Positions 10,815-20,746 of a stretch of DNA of 64,000 nucleotides are shown in pieces. The stretch comes from an uncultured Pseudomonadales bacterium (GTDB lineage: Bacteria; Patescibacteriota; Microgenomatia; UBA1400; PJMF01). The position numbers and the translations under genes are program-made. Numbering within the stretch: position 1 is the first letter of the stretch; each line of letters starts with the position of its first letter. The notes under the pieces are model-generated. The model saw nothing but the letters and a program-made list of their open reading frames with translations. It made no database searches and was not told where the DNA came from. The DNA lies in assembly GCA_964457085.1 (NCBI GenBank), contig CAYWDM010000002.1:203418-267417 (forward strand), written 5' to 3'.

Positions 10815-11204
10815 ATGACAGACCCTATTGCAGATATGATCGCCCGCATTAAGAATGCAGTTTTGGCACGCCATGAAACTGTGAGTATTCCTCATTCAGT
10901 TATCAAGCAGTCAATTGCAAAAATTTTGCAAGAGAATGGGTATATCGAGAGTTTTATAGTGACTGATGCTAAGCCTCAGCCAGAGATTATTGTGACCCTT
11001 AAGTATGTTAATAAAGCGCCCGTCATCACTGACATCAAGCGAACATCTAAACCAGGACGCCGCCTTTACAGTGGTTCCGGTTCAGTACCTCGCGTTTTGA
11101 ATGGTTATGGCATGAGTATCTTATCCACCAGTAAGGGTGTGATGAGTAACGCTCAAGCCAGAAAACAAAATGTTGGTGGCGAGCTTATTTGTCAAATTTG
11201 GTAA
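10815..11204 (+). CDS. rpsH: 30S ribosomal protein S8
   Basis: MTDPIADMIARIKNA...GGELICQIW matches S8. Confidence 0.95.
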   Translation: MTDPIADMIARIKNAVLARHETVSIPHSVIKQSIAKILQENGYIESFIVTDAKPQPEIIVTLKYVNKAPVITDIKRTSKPGRRLYSGSGSVPRVLNGYGMSILSTSKGVMSNAQARKQNVGGELICQIW

Positions 11205-11210
11205 ACTTTT

Positions 11211-11750
11211 ATGTCAAAGATCGGCAACAAACCTATTACTCTTCCAGCAAACACTACAGTCGTAGTTGAAAACGGCATGGTGTTGGTGAAGGGACAAAAA
11301 GGCGAGTCACAAGTTTCGCTCCCAGAGCTAATCACTTTGGTCGTTGCTGATGGCTTGGTTAAAGTAACTCGTGCTAATGATGAGAAACAAACCAAATCAC
11401 TGCACGGCTTAGTTCGCAGTTTGGTTTCTAATGCATTAACTGGCGTCACTGTCGGTTACCGCAAAACCCTTAAACTGATTGGTACAGGATATAAAGCTAC
11501 CTCAAAAGGCGTTGGTATCTCGCTCGCACTTGGTTATTCACATCCAATTGATGTGATGCCATTGCCAGGTATTAAAATCACCTTAGAAGGTCAAGATACT
11601 ATTCATGTTGATGGAATTGAAAAAGCAGTAGTGGGTCAGATGGCTGCGGATATCCGCACTCTTCGACCACCTGAGCCATATTTGGGCAAGGGTATTCGCT
11701 ACAGTGATGAAGTAGTTAGAAGAAAGGCTGGTAAAGCTGCAGCCGGCTAA
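11211..11750 (+). CDS. rplF: 50S ribosomal protein L6
   Basis: MSKIGNKPI...GYSHPI...GIRYSDE matches L6. Confidence 0.95.
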   Translation: MSKIGNKPITLPANTTVVVENGMVLVKGQKGESQVSLPELITLVVADGLVKVTRANDEKQTKSLHGLVRSLVSNALTGVTVGYRKTLKLIGTGYKATSKGVGISLALGYSHPIDVMPLPGIKITLEGQDTIHVDGIEKAVVGQMAADIRTLRPPEPYLGKGIRYSDEVVRRKAGKAAAG

Positions 11751-11768
11751 ACCCAGACCAAAATTTGT

Positions 11769-12131
11769 ATGCCAAAAGTAAGTCATAAATTATCAGCCAA
11801 ACAATCTCGCAAACAACGCGTTAGCGGTAAGATGAGCGGAACTGCAGAGCGACCTCGCTTGTCAGTTTTTCGTTCAAATGCTCACGTATTTTTGCAAGCC
11901 ATTGATGATCAGGCTGGTCAAACTCTTGCCAGTGCAAGTAGTTTAGGTAAAAAAGCTGCCAAATCGAAATTAACAAAGACTGAAAGTGCTGTTGCTGTGG
12001 CCAAAACCATGAGTGATGCACTTAAAGCCAAAAAAATATCCGCGGTGGTGTTCGATCGCGGTGCCAGTAGATATCATGGTCGAGTCAAAGCAGTAGCTGA
12101 AGCTCTTCGTGAGTCAGGCGTTAAGGTTTAA
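11769..12131 (+). CDS. rplR: 50S ribosomal protein L18
   Basis: [20 protein letters not shown]...FDRG...YHGRVKA matches L18. Confidence 0.9.
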   Translation: MPKVSHKLSAKQSRKQRVSGKMSGTAERPRLSVFRSNAHVFLQAIDDQAGQTLASASSLGKKAAKSKLTKTESAVAVAKTMSDALKAKKISAVVFDRGASRYHGRVKAVAEALRESGVKV

Positions 12132-12145
12132 CACATAAGGAATAA

Positions 12146-12922
12146 TTGGTGCAAACACATTCAGGAAAATCACGCATGAACGAACAAGCTAGTAGACGCC
12201 CTAACGCAGGTGAAGAGCGTTCGGACTTTGAGGAGAAAGTAATTTCTATCTCTCGCGTTTCAAAAAAGACCAAAGGTGGTAATAAAGTTGGTTTCTCAGT
12301 GCTGATGGTTGTTGGTGATAAAAAAGGCAAGGTTGGTTTAGGCCTTGGTAAAGCCAATGATGTTGCTTCAGCAATTAAAAAAGGTATCCGCAAAGCTAAA
12401 AAGAAAATGTTGGAAGTTCCTTTGGATGGAACAACCATTCCTTTTGCTATCACTCACAAAAAAGGTGCTGGCAAAGTAATGTTGAAGCCATCTCCAGCTG
12501 GTACCGGTGTTATCGCTGGTGGTCCAGTGCGAGCTGTGGTCGAGGCTGCAGGTATCCGTGATATCTCTGCCAAAATCATGGGTAGTGACAACCAATCTTC
12601 AAGTGTTTACGCTACATTTGCTGCTTTAGAGAAAATTGCTCAAATCGTTGCAGTTAAAAACATTAAACTGCGTTCAATCATTGAGGTTGAAGAGGAAGAC
12701 AAGAAGACACAACAGAAGTTACAAGAAGAAGCCAAGAAGCATGCAGTTGAAAAAGCTGCTGAGACTGCTCCAGTAGCTAAATCAGTCGCTGGAAAAGTTG
12801 CTGCTAAATCAACCGGTGCAGTTGCAGAGAAAACCGCAACTGAAAAGGTTGAAAAACCAGTCAAAAAAGTGATAGCCAAAAAACCAACAGTCAAGAAAAC
12901 AGCAAAAAAAGCTGTTAAATAA
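12146..12922 (+). CDS. rpsE: 30S ribosomal protein S5 with ~85-aa K/A/E-rich C-terminal extension
   Basis: S5 core (RVSKKTKGGNKVGFSVLMVVGD...GTGVIAGG) followed by a histone-like low-complexity tail. No L30 gene follows. Confidence 0.9.
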   Translation: MVQTHSGKSRMNEQASRRPNAGEERSDFEEKVISISRVSKKTKGGNKVGFSVLMVVGDKKGKVGLGLGKANDVASAIKKGIRKAKKKMLEVPLDGTTIPFAITHKKGAGKVMLKPSPAGTGVIAGGPVRAVVEAAGIRDISAKIMGSDNQSSSVYATFAALEKIAQIVAVKNIKLRSIIEVEEEDKKTQQKLQEEAKKHAVEKAAETAPVAKSVAGKVAAKSTGAVAEKTATEKVEKPVKKVIAKKPTVKKTAKKAVK

Positions 12923-12946
12923 TAAGCAGAATTCGTAAAGATCACT

Positions 12947-13384
12947 ATGTCGTTACTACACGCACTTATCAAAAGCACCAAGGTCGGCTCCAAGCGAGTT
13001 GGTCGTGGGTATGGCTCAGGTATTGGTGGCCACACTTCTGGTCGTGGTACCAAAGGTCAGCGTGCACGCGTAGGATCAAAGATTCCATTGTGGTTTGAGG
13101 GTGGCCAATTACCTTTGACCAAGAGATTGCCAATGCTTCGTGGTAAAGCACGTTTTAATGTGCTGAAGCCAACCATTGAATTGACTTTATCCGACTTACA
13201 AGCTTTAAAGATCGACACCATTACCCTTGAGTCACTCAAGCTAAACAAAGTTGTTGATCACAGAGCCAAAAAAGTCAAAATCATCAGTAAAGGTAAGTTG
13301 AGTAAAAAACTGACCATTTCTGGTATCGCTGCTACGCCGATGGCAAAAGCCGCGATCGAAAAAGCTGGTGGTTCTGTTAGCTGA
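12947..13384 (+). CDS. rplO: 50S ribosomal protein L15
   Basis: [26 protein letters not shown] matches L15. Confidence 0.9.
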   Translation: MSLLHALIKSTKVGSKRVGRGYGSGIGGHTSGRGTKGQRARVGSKIPLWFEGGQLPLTKRLPMLRGKARFNVLKPTIELTLSDLQALKIDTITLESLKLNKVVDHRAKKVKIISKGKLSKKLTISGIAATPMAKAAIEKAGGSVS

Positions 13385-13419
13385 TTTTCCAATCATAGAA
13401 GTTTGGAATAAGGGCAAGC

Positions 13420-14709
13420 GTGCTACAAACAATTGAACGTAAATTGAAGGCAATCCTTGCAAACGAACAGCTCAAACGTAAGCTCGGTTTTACCGCACTT
13501 ATTTTCTTAGTTTATAGACTCCTAGCTCACATCCCAGTTCCAGCTGTTGATATCACACGACTGCAATCTTTATTTTTAGATAATCAATTTTTGAGCCTAT
13601 TAAACGTTTTCTCAGGTGGTACTTTATCGCAATTTTCTTTAGTAGCTGTCGGTATCAATCCATATATTACCGCTTCCATCGTGTTGCAGCTTGGTGGCAT
13701 GGTATTTCCAGCCCTCAAGGAGATGCAAAAAGATGGCGAGAGTGGTCGAGCTAAAATGAATCAGTACACTCGATTATTGAGTGTACCTTTGGCGATTGTG
13801 CAGAGTGTTTCCATTATTACGTTACTCCGTTCTCAGTCCCTAATTACTACATTTGAACCATTACATTTAATTGCTATGGTGATGGCTTTAGTTGCTGGTG
13901 CCATGATTTTGATGTGGCTAGGTGAATTAGTCTCTGAATATGGCGTGGGCAATGGCATCTCAATGGTGCTGTTTGCCGGTATTATCAGTCAGCTTCCTGT
14001 TGCTTTTGCCCACACTTTTAGTGTCATTGATTCTGCACAGTGGATTACACTTATCACTTTTGCAGTGGTGGTGGTTGGCTTGATTGCTATGACCGTGTTC
14101 ATGAATGAAGCAATCCGTAAGATCAATATCCAGCATGCAAAGAGAATGCGTGGTAGTCGATTATATGGTGGCCAAACCACTCACTTGCCAATTAAAGTAA
14201 ATGTAGCTGGGGTGATGCCAATTATCTTTGCGGTTACCATCATGATGGTACCGTCTTTCTTGTCGAAATTCATGCTTGGTTCTACTAACAAGCAGTTGAT
14301 AAGCTTTGGACAGCAGCTGGGAATGGCATTTAGTCAGACTTCTTGGATATACATGGCAGTTTATTTCTTAATTGTGTTTGGTTTTACCTATTTTTCAGCA
14401 TTAATTTTCTTTAACGCTGGCGATATTTCCGAAGAATTGAAGAAGAGTGGTGCTTTTGTGCCGGGTATTAGACCAGGAAGTCCAACCAAAAAATTCTTAG
14501 AATTTGTAGTTACACGAATCACCTTTGCTGGAGCTATCTTTTTAGGATTGCTCGCAATTGTGCCTTCACTAGCTCAAAGTCTGACTGGTGTTGGATCACT
14601 AGCAATCGGTGGTACTAGCGTACTAATCGTGGTCTCGGTGGTATTGGAGACTGCCAAGCAAGTGGATAGTTTACTAGTCGGTCAAAATTACCAAAAATAT
14701 AAATTGTAA
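13420..14709 (+). CDS. secY: preprotein translocase subunit SecY
   Basis: 429-aa 10-TM protein; GINPYITASIVLQL is the SecY signature, and the gene sits between L15 and adk. Confidence 0.95.
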   Translation: MLQTIERKLKAILANEQLKRKLGFTALIFLVYRLLAHIPVPAVDITRLQSLFLDNQFLSLLNVFSGGTLSQFSLVAVGINPYITASIVLQLGGMVFPALKEMQKDGESGRAKMNQYTRLLSVPLAIVQSVSIITLLRSQSLITTFEPLHLIAMVMALVAGAMILMWLGELVSEYGVGNGISMVLFAGIISQLPVAFAHTFSVIDSAQWITLITFAVVVVGLIAMTVFMNEAIRKINIQHAKRMRGSRLYGGQTTHLPIKVNVAGVMPIIFAVTIMMVPSFLSKFMLGSTNKQLISFGQQLGMAFSQTSWIYMAVYFLIVFGFTYFSALIFFNAGDISEELKKSGAFVPGIRPGSPTKKFLEFVVTRITFAGAIFLGLLAIVPSLAQSLTGVGSLAIGGTSVLIVVSVVLETAKQVDSLLVGQNYQKYKL

Positions 14710-14730
14710 CAGCACGTTTGAGGGATATTC

Positions 14731-15267
14731 ATGAAAATTATTCTGATTGGAATCCAAGGCGCAGGAAAATCAACTCAGGGAAATATGCTCTCCCAAGAAC
14801 TTGACATTCCTTACCTCTCATCTGGCCATATTTTTCGAATGATGACCAAAGAGAAGACCGAGACAGGTCGATGGTTGAAGGAGACGCTTAACTCAGGTGC
14901 ACTCGTACCAGATGAAGAAGCGGTTAAAATCGTAATGGAATACCTCCAGAAACCTGAATATGACAAGGGGTATATTTTGGATGGTTTCCCACGAACTATT
15001 GCTCAAGCAAAAATCTTAAGTGATGGCACTGAGAAAGCTGTATTTATCAATGTTTCGGACAAAGAAGCACTGTGGCGTATTTCTGGTCGCACGAGTGACC
15101 GCGAAGATGAATCGCTGCAGGCAATTCGCAAACGTATTGGTCTCTTTCATGAGCTGACTGAGCAAGTAATTGAATACTATCGAGATAAAGGTAGTCTTAT
15201 CCAAGTTAATGGTGAAGAGGATGTTCAAGAAGTCTTCGGACAGATCATGAAGCATCTTCGTGACTAA
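14731..15267 (+). CDS. adk: adenylate kinase (short form, no zinc LID)
   Basis: P-loop GIQGAGKSTQ and LDGFPRT motifs in a 178-aa protein. Confidence 0.9.
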   Translation: MKIILIGIQGAGKSTQGNMLSQELDIPYLSSGHIFRMMTKEKTETGRWLKETLNSGALVPDEEAVKIVMEYLQKPEYDKGYILDGFPRTIAQAKILSDGTEKAVFINVSDKEALWRISGRTSDREDESLQAIRKRIGLFHELTEQVIEYYRDKGSLIQVNGEEDVQEVFGQIMKHLRD

Positions 15268-15292
15268 TCGTCTTTTGTTTGTATTTTAGAGA

Positions 15293-15322
15293 CCACCGGC
15301 TAAAAACCGGTGGTTTTTTGTT
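15293..15322 (+). terminator. rho-independent terminator after adk
   Basis: The hairpin accaccggc-taaaaa-ccggtggt is followed by tttttg. Confidence 0.7.
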
Positions 15323-15569
15323 ATTGACTTTTTTTGACTCGAAAGTCTCTAAATGATATACTATAGGATGTTTGTAATTACCTTCCATCAGATGATGGAG
15401 TGGGTGAAAGCAGACAATTCGCTCTTTGAAAATTTGCTAATTAAACCTGAAAATTTCATGAAACATGTCGAGGTGACGGCGCTGGCCATTTGACCAGAAT
15501 GGTGAGCGCCGTTACTTCAAGGCAAATCTAATTTTTGTGGCGGATTGAAATCTGTCACTTTGGAGAAAC

Positions 15570-16121
15570 ATGAACCGAATACTTGTTTTGCTCTCGCTTT
15601 TGCTTGTCGCCTGCACAGCAGTGACACCGTCCACCCCAAAGGCGACTATGCCGGTTGCCACTGAGACTCCGCTTGTTGCTACCGAAACTCCAGCAGCTGA
15701 GTCAACTGAAGACGCGTTCGCTGCCACTACGATTGTGGAGTGGACTCGAATTGGCGAAGAACCGAAACGCTTTACGATCCGCTCCCAAGGTCCGTTTGCG
15801 CAGATGCAAATAGACGAAGGCGAGTTGGATGGTACAGTTGTCTGCGGTGATACAGTGTTTGAGCTTGGTAACGAGCATTTACACACAATCACCGCCAAGC
15901 AATGCCCCGAACTCCTCACTACAGGAGCTGTGGTCCAGTTTATAACCACAGCTCGTTGGTATTTTCCCGCTGGAGTTGGTGGCACTTTGACTTTCGCCGA
16001 AGGTAATAACGGCGTTTGGACAGAGGTAAACGACCTCTGGGTTTGGAGGGCAGTCATTAAATTGACACCTGACGATTCGGGAATTCCGCCTAAGATCGAA
16101 ATCGAGAGGATGGTCGGCTAA
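15570..16121 (+). CDS. predicted lipoprotein, paralog 1 (inserted in r-protein cluster)
   Basis: Signal peptide with lipobox LLVAC and a T/P/E-rich linker. It shares the C-terminal pattern CG.TV...KQ.CPEL...WRA...L.P...P.I.IE with the next ORF. Confidence 0.6.
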   Translation: MNRILVLLSLLLVACTAVTPSTPKATMPVATETPLVATETPAAESTEDAFAATTIVEWTRIGEEPKRFTIRSQGPFAQMQIDEGELDGTVVCGDTVFELGNEHLHTITAKQCPELLTTGAVVQFITTARWYFPAGVGGTLTFAEGNNGVWTEVNDLWVWRAVIKLTPDDSGIPPKIEIERMVG

Positions 16122-16474
16122 TTGCCGACAAGGGGGGTTGATTGGCAAAAAACTTAAGGAGCAACATGTCCGCTTGGGTTAAACCTGGCGGACATTTGCG
16201 TTTAAGATCATTTTTACACCGATACATACTTGATATAGTTTGACATATTAATCCCCAGATATTAGACTATAGGCTAGTTTGGCTTTGCTGCTGCATATTT
16301 TTGTGTGGTTAGCGGTGTCAAGCTATCGCTCTTTGAAAAATTGTGATTTTATTGTCTTCATTGGGTTAATGGTGCTTGCTCACGCAATTTATTTTATTAG
16401 TTGTTTGGGTTAGCACCATTCAACCATTTTTTTTTATTCTTAGGTCGCATTTGTGATCTAAGACTGGAGGCAAT

Positions 16475-16990
16475 ATGCAAGCAGGAAAAAAGAATAAGTT
16501 CGAACGACACCACTGGATTTTGCTTTTGGTGGTGACGCTAATCGTGTTGTTGCTGTTGTTTTTTGGTAACTACACACCGGCACAGGTGCCAGCTAAGGAT
16601 GAGCTGATTTTACAGTACGCAGTGATGCGTGATGGAGTAAGACACTTCCCTTTTGTTGCTGAGGGGGTATATCCCGACATTTCTGTTGGGGTAAATGGAG
16701 TTGAGGTAAAAGTAATGTGCGGCCAAACCGTACATTACTTACCAAGTCCTCCAGTTAATGCCATTGGGAAGCAGGCTTGTCCAGAGTTGTTTTCAGCTCA
16801 GGGCGTCGCCATCATCCTAGTCAATTCCTCAGACGAGCACAACGAAATAGTGCCTGTCGATGCCGAGATGCAAATCTTGGAAGGTGGGGAATGGACTCAC
16901 GAATATGGTGGTGTAGTCGAGGTCTGGCGAGCGATCGTCAGGCTGGAGCCGCATGCTGGGGCTAAATACCCCGAAATCACAATCGAATAA
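16475..16990 (+). CDS. secreted/membrane-anchored protein, paralog 2
   Basis: N-terminal TM anchor and the same conserved Cys pair and C-terminal motif as paralog 1 (VMCGQTVHYL...KQACPELF...WRAIVRLEP...YPEITIE). Confidence 0.6.
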   Translation: MQAGKKNKFERHHWILLLVVTLIVLLLLFFGNYTPAQVPAKDELILQYAVMRDGVRHFPFVAEGVYPDISVGVNGVEVKVMCGQTVHYLPSPPVNAIGKQACPELFSAQGVAIILVNSSDEHNEIVPVDAEMQILEGGEWTHEYGGVVEVWRAIVRLEPHAGAKYPEITIE

Positions 16991-16992
16991 GA

Positions 16993-17036
16993 GCACTATG
17001 CTCGCCAGGGTAAAAACCTGGCGAGCATTTTGCGTT
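16993..17036 (+). terminator. rho-independent terminator after paralog 2
   Basis: The hairpin atgctcgccagg-gtaaaaa-cctggcgagcat is followed by a T-run. Confidence 0.7.
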
Positions 17037-17097
17037 TTAGTGCCAGAACACTTAAAAAGGTACTTTAAACCGAATAGAAAGCAAAACATGATCTGGC

Positions 17098-17126
17098 CTG
17101 ACTTTTTGAGGTTTTTTTGGTATAAT
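17098..17126 (+). promoter_or_regulatory. putative sigma70 promoter with extended -10 (TGgTATAAT) for infA transcription unit
   Basis: TATAAT at 17121-17126 preceded by TGg and a weak -35 (cTGACt) 17 nt upstream. It lies about 40 nt upstream of the infA start and just downstream of a terminator. Confidence 0.5.
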
Positions 17127-17168
17127 TGCCAGATCGAATGAGCCTTTTGTCATCGATGTGGAAAAAAT

Positions 17169-17483
17169 ATGGGTAAAGTTCAAGATCACAAGCGTTCGGC
17201 GAAAGCCAAACGACAAGTTGATACCACCGAGCAAAAAGCAGATCGTTCTGATCGTTTTGAGGTGGTTGGCTTGATCGAAGAATGTTTACCAAACACCATG
17301 TTCCGCGTGAAAGTAGTCGAGAGCGAAGTGGAACAGATGAAAGATCGGACATTACTTGGAAGCTTAGCAGGAAAAATGCGCCTGTTTAGAATTCGAGTTT
17401 TGCCTGGTGACATGGTTAAAGGTTATGTTTCTAAATATGACCTCACCAAGTGCAAAATCACCTATCGCACAATGAAGCGGTAA
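17169..17483 (+). CDS. infA: translation initiation factor IF-1 (with ~30-aa basic N-terminal extension)
   Basis: S1-like core EVVGLIEECLPNTMFRVKV...GKMR...RVLPGDMV matches IF-1. Confidence 0.9.
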   Translation: MGKVQDHKRSAKAKRQVDTTEQKADRSDRFEVVGLIEECLPNTMFRVKVVESEVEQMKDRTLLGSLAGKMRLFRIRVLPGDMVKGYVSKYDLTKCKITYRTMKR

Positions 17484-17600
17484 GTGTTTTTGAGAGATTG
17501 ACGGTGACGTCAGTACAAAATCAGTATGAATTAGCAAGCATTATCGGATAAACTGCATCTTTAATTTTTCGAGAAGTTGCGGTATATTTCAAGTTCGTCT

Positions 17601-17717
17601 ATGAAAGTGCGAGCATCATTAAAGAAAATCTGTAAAGAGTGTAAATTTATTAAACGCAAAGGAGTGCTGCGGGTGATTTGTCCTGTCAATCCTAAGCACA
17701 AGCAGCGTCAAGGGTAA
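17601..17717 (+). CDS. rpmJ: 50S ribosomal protein L36
   Basis: Found manually because it is below the ORF-track size cutoff: [38 protein letters not shown] is a C-C-C-H zinc ribbon typical of L36. Confidence 0.85.
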   Translation: MKVRASLKKICKECKFIKRKGVLRVICPVNPKHKQRQG

Positions 17718-17722
17718 TTTGT

Positions 17723-18127
17723 ATGCCACGTATCGCCGGTATCGATATTCCAGATCATAAAAAAATTGCGTTTTCACTACGCTATGTATATGGTGTGGGT
17801 CCAAAAGTCTCAGCCGATATTCTTGAGAAGACTCGAGTCAATCCAGATAAGCGTTGTAGAGATTTAACTACTGATGAAATCAACAAAATTCAAGCAGCTT
17901 TAGAGAAGTATATGGTTGAGGGTGACCTTCGCCGAGCTGTGAGTGACAATATTAACCGCTTAAAGCGCGTTAAGGCGTATCGCGGTATTCGACACATGAT
18001 GGGTTTACCAGTTCGAGGTCAGCGAACTCGCTCAAACGCCCGTACCAAACGTGGCGGTCGTCGAACAATTGGTGCAATGAGTAAAGAATTAGCAACTAAG
18101 CTGGATTCAGCCAAATCTGCTAAATAA
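17723..18127 (+). CDS. rpsM: 30S ribosomal protein S13
   Basis: MPRIAGIDIP...RGQRTRSNARTKRG matches S13. Confidence 0.95.
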   Translation: MPRIAGIDIPDHKKIAFSLRYVYGVGPKVSADILEKTRVNPDKRCRDLTTDEINKIQAALEKYMVEGDLRRAVSDNINRLKRVKAYRGIRHMMGLPVRGQRTRSNARTKRGGRRTIGAMSKELATKLDSAKSAK

Positions 18128-18149
18128 GAAGTAAATCGAAGATACAAAT

Positions 18150-18545
18150 ATGGCAATCGTCAAGAAAGAGACTACAAAAAAGAAAATCACCCGAGTGGTG
18201 CCAAAGGGACGACTATACGTAGCCGCCACTTTTAACAACACTATCATCAGTATTACTGATGAAAAAGGTGGGGTATTGTGCTGGTCATCCACAGGTGTGG
18301 CTGGTTTTACTGGTTCACGTAAATCTACTCCTTACGCAGCCACCATCACAGTTGAGAATGTTTTGAATAAAGCTAAAACATACGGTATGAGTCAGGTTGA
18401 CGTTTTCATTAAGGGTCCAGGTCCAGGTCGTGATGTGGCACTTCGAGTGCTGCGTGCGCAGGGTATTAGAGTCGGCATGATTGCTGACATTACTCCCATT
18501 CCTCACAATGGTACTAGACCACGGAAAGCTAAACACAACAGGTAA
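18150..18545 (+). CDS. rpsK: 30S ribosomal protein S11
   Basis: ATFNNTIISITDEKGGVLCWSSTG...TPIPHNG matches S11. Confidence 0.95.
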   Translation: MAIVKKETTKKKITRVVPKGRLYVAATFNNTIISITDEKGGVLCWSSTGVAGFTGSRKSTPYAATITVENVLNKAKTYGMSQVDVFIKGPGPGRDVALRVLRAQGIRVGMIADITPIPHNGTRPRKAKHNR

Positions 18546-18548
18546 ACT

Positions 18549-19157
18549 ATGGCAAGATATAACGGTCCAAAACAACGCTTACAACGCCAAATCGGCGAAG
18601 ATCTTGGTCTTAAAACTAATGCTTTGCGTACAGCCAAGCGTATTTCTAGTAGACCAGGTCAACATGGTGCAAAACAACGCCGCAAGTTGTCAAACTTTGG
18701 CGTGCAGCTAAAAGAGAAGCAAAAAGTTAAATATATCTATGGTATTTTGGAAAAGCAGCTAAAGGCTTTATACGAAAAAGCCACCAAGAATCCAGGTGCC
18801 ACTGGCTCAGCATTGCTTGGTTTATTAGAGCGACGCTTAGACAATGTGGTTTACCGTTTGGGTTGTGCTCCTACCAGAGCAGCAGCTCGCCAAATTGTGA
18901 GTCACAATCAGGTGATGGTGAACAACAAAAAAATGAATATCCCTTCATATCAAGTTAAGGTTGATGACATCATCGTCCTTAAGGATAAAGCAGCTAAGAT
19001 CCCAGCTGTGGCTGATTTACTCAAGAGTGAATCAATTGCTATTCCAGCTTGGTTAGTTCGCAAACAACAGGTAGCTAAAGTTACTCGTTTGCCAGAACGT
19101 GAGGATATTAAAGAAACAATTGATGAGCAGCAGATTGTTGAGTATTACAGTCGTTAA
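18549..19157 (+). CDS. rpsD: 30S ribosomal protein S4
   Basis: MARYNGPKQRLQRQ...S4 domain RLDNVVYRLG matches S4. Confidence 0.95.
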   Translation: MARYNGPKQRLQRQIGEDLGLKTNALRTAKRISSRPGQHGAKQRRKLSNFGVQLKEKQKVKYIYGILEKQLKALYEKATKNPGATGSALLGLLERRLDNVVYRLGCAPTRAAARQIVSHNQVMVNNKKMNIPSYQVKVDDIIVLKDKAAKIPAVADLLKSESIAIPAWLVRKQQVAKVTRLPEREDIKETIDEQQIVEYYSR

Positions 19158-19272
19158 TAAGTCACATGCCAGTTAGAAAATTGGCAAAATAATAAATAGA
19201 TATTAAATTATAAATAATCCAGATACAGATTCTCACTAAATAGGTGAGGAGAAGAAACAAGGAGACACAGAT

Positions 19273-20217
19273 ATGAGTCAAGATTTAAGCAAATATGCAC
19301 CAATGAACCCAAGTTTCGGCGTCACCGAGACCGAGAGTTTGGCGGATCGTGCCACTTTAGTGATTGAACCTCTTGAACAGGGTTATGGTCACACTTTAGG
19401 CAACGCTCTTCGTCGCGTGCTTTTAACCTCACTGCCAGGTTGCGCCATTACTTCAGTGACCATTGAAGGCGTAGATCATCAATTTTCAACCTACCAAGGT
19501 TTGAAAGAGGATATCGTTGAATTGATTTTAAATCTTAAGTTAGTGCGTGTCAGAGCCACCGGTGATGAAAAAGGTGTACTTCGCTTAAACGTCAAAGGTG
19601 CTAAAGAAGTTACTGCAGCTGATATTGAATGCGAAGCTGGTTTTGAGGTTATCAACACCACTCAACACATTGCAACTTTAGCTAAAGGCAAGAACTTATC
19701 CATCGAAATGACTGTCGAGCCAGGTATGGGATATCGCGTCGCCGCAGATACCAAAGCTGAGCTATTAGGTCAGATCATGGTTGACGCATTGTTTTCACCA
19801 GTCACCAAAGTTTCATACAAGGTTGAGGCAACTCGTGTCGGTCGCAAGACTGACTATGATCGAATTGTTCTTGATGTACAGACTGACGGTAGTATCACTC
19901 CAGTTGAGGCAGTTCGCCAAGCTGCAAAGATTCTAGCTCGTCAGTTCGCTCAAGTTGTGGAGCCAGTGTTGCCAGAAGTGCACACTGAGAGTCCTTCACT
20001 TAGTCCTGAAGAGGCAGAAGTATTGCGTTTAACAGTAGAAGAGCTTGATTTGCCAACTCGTATTGCTAATGCACTGCGAAAAGGCGGATATAAGACTGTG
20101 GGTGATTTGCTCAGTTCCACCAAACCCGTAATTGCCAAGGTTAAGAACTTGGGCGGCAAGAGTGTAGATTTGATCAATGATGCCTTGCAGAAAAAAGGCG
20201 TCACTTTAGAGGATTAA
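19273..20217 (+). CDS. rpoA: DNA-directed RNA polymerase subunit alpha
   Basis: [23 protein letters not shown] in the N-terminal domain, and a C-terminal domain with helix-hairpin-helix ([11 protein letters not shown]). Confidence 0.95.
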   Translation: [314 protein letters not shown]

Positions 20218-20221
20218 TCAA

Positions 20222-20740
20222 ATGAGACATCGTATTAAAAACAAAAAATTCAACCGTGATGCTAACCACCGCAAAGCTTTGCTTCGCAACTTGGTGAGAT
20301 CATTGGTCGAAAATGGTGAAGTTACTACCACTGAGATCAAAGCTAAAGAGCTGCGACGCTTGAGTGACAAGTTAATTCACAAAGCACAAACAGATACCAT
20401 TGCGAGTCGTCAATTAATCCACAGATTTTTTGGCAAACGCGATGTGGTCAACACTTTAGTTGATCGAATTGCTCCATTGATGACTGATCGTGTTTCTGGT
20501 TTTACCACTTTGGTGAAAATCGGCAAACGTAAAGGTGACAATAGTCCAGTAATTAAAGTTGCTTTGGTTAAAATGCCAGCAGGCATGGGCTCATTAAAGG
20601 CTCCCAAGGCAGCTGAGGTAGTCGCTTCAAGCACACCAAAAACATCAGTTAAGGCTAAAGTAGCTGTCAAAGCTGCTCCAAAGGCTAAGGTTGAGAAGAA
20701 AGTGGTTGCTAAAAAGGCGAGTAGCGCGAAAGCAAAATAA
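20222..20740 (+). CDS. rplQ: 50S ribosomal protein L17 (with K/A-rich C-terminal tail)
   Basis: MRHRIKNKKFNRDANHRKALLRNL matches the L17 N-terminus; the gene follows rpoA. Confidence 0.9.
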   Translation: MRHRIKNKKFNRDANHRKALLRNLVRSLVENGEVTTTEIKAKELRRLSDKLIHKAQTDTIASRQLIHRFFGKRDVVNTLVDRIAPLMTDRVSGFTTLVKIGKRKGDNSPVIKVALVKMPAGMGSLKAPKAAEVVASSTPKTSVKAKVAVKAAPKAKVEKKVVAKKASSAKAK

Positions 20741-20746
20741 GTATCT

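Noticed and set aside
12640-13053. 137-aa minus-strand ORF
   Set aside because: Antisense to the rpsE tail and rplO. Its low-complexity composition mirrors the K/A-rich tail on the opposite strand.
15512-16057. 181-aa minus-strand ORF
   Set aside because: Antisense to the lipoprotein paralog, which has a proper signal peptide, lipobox and a conserved paralog downstream.
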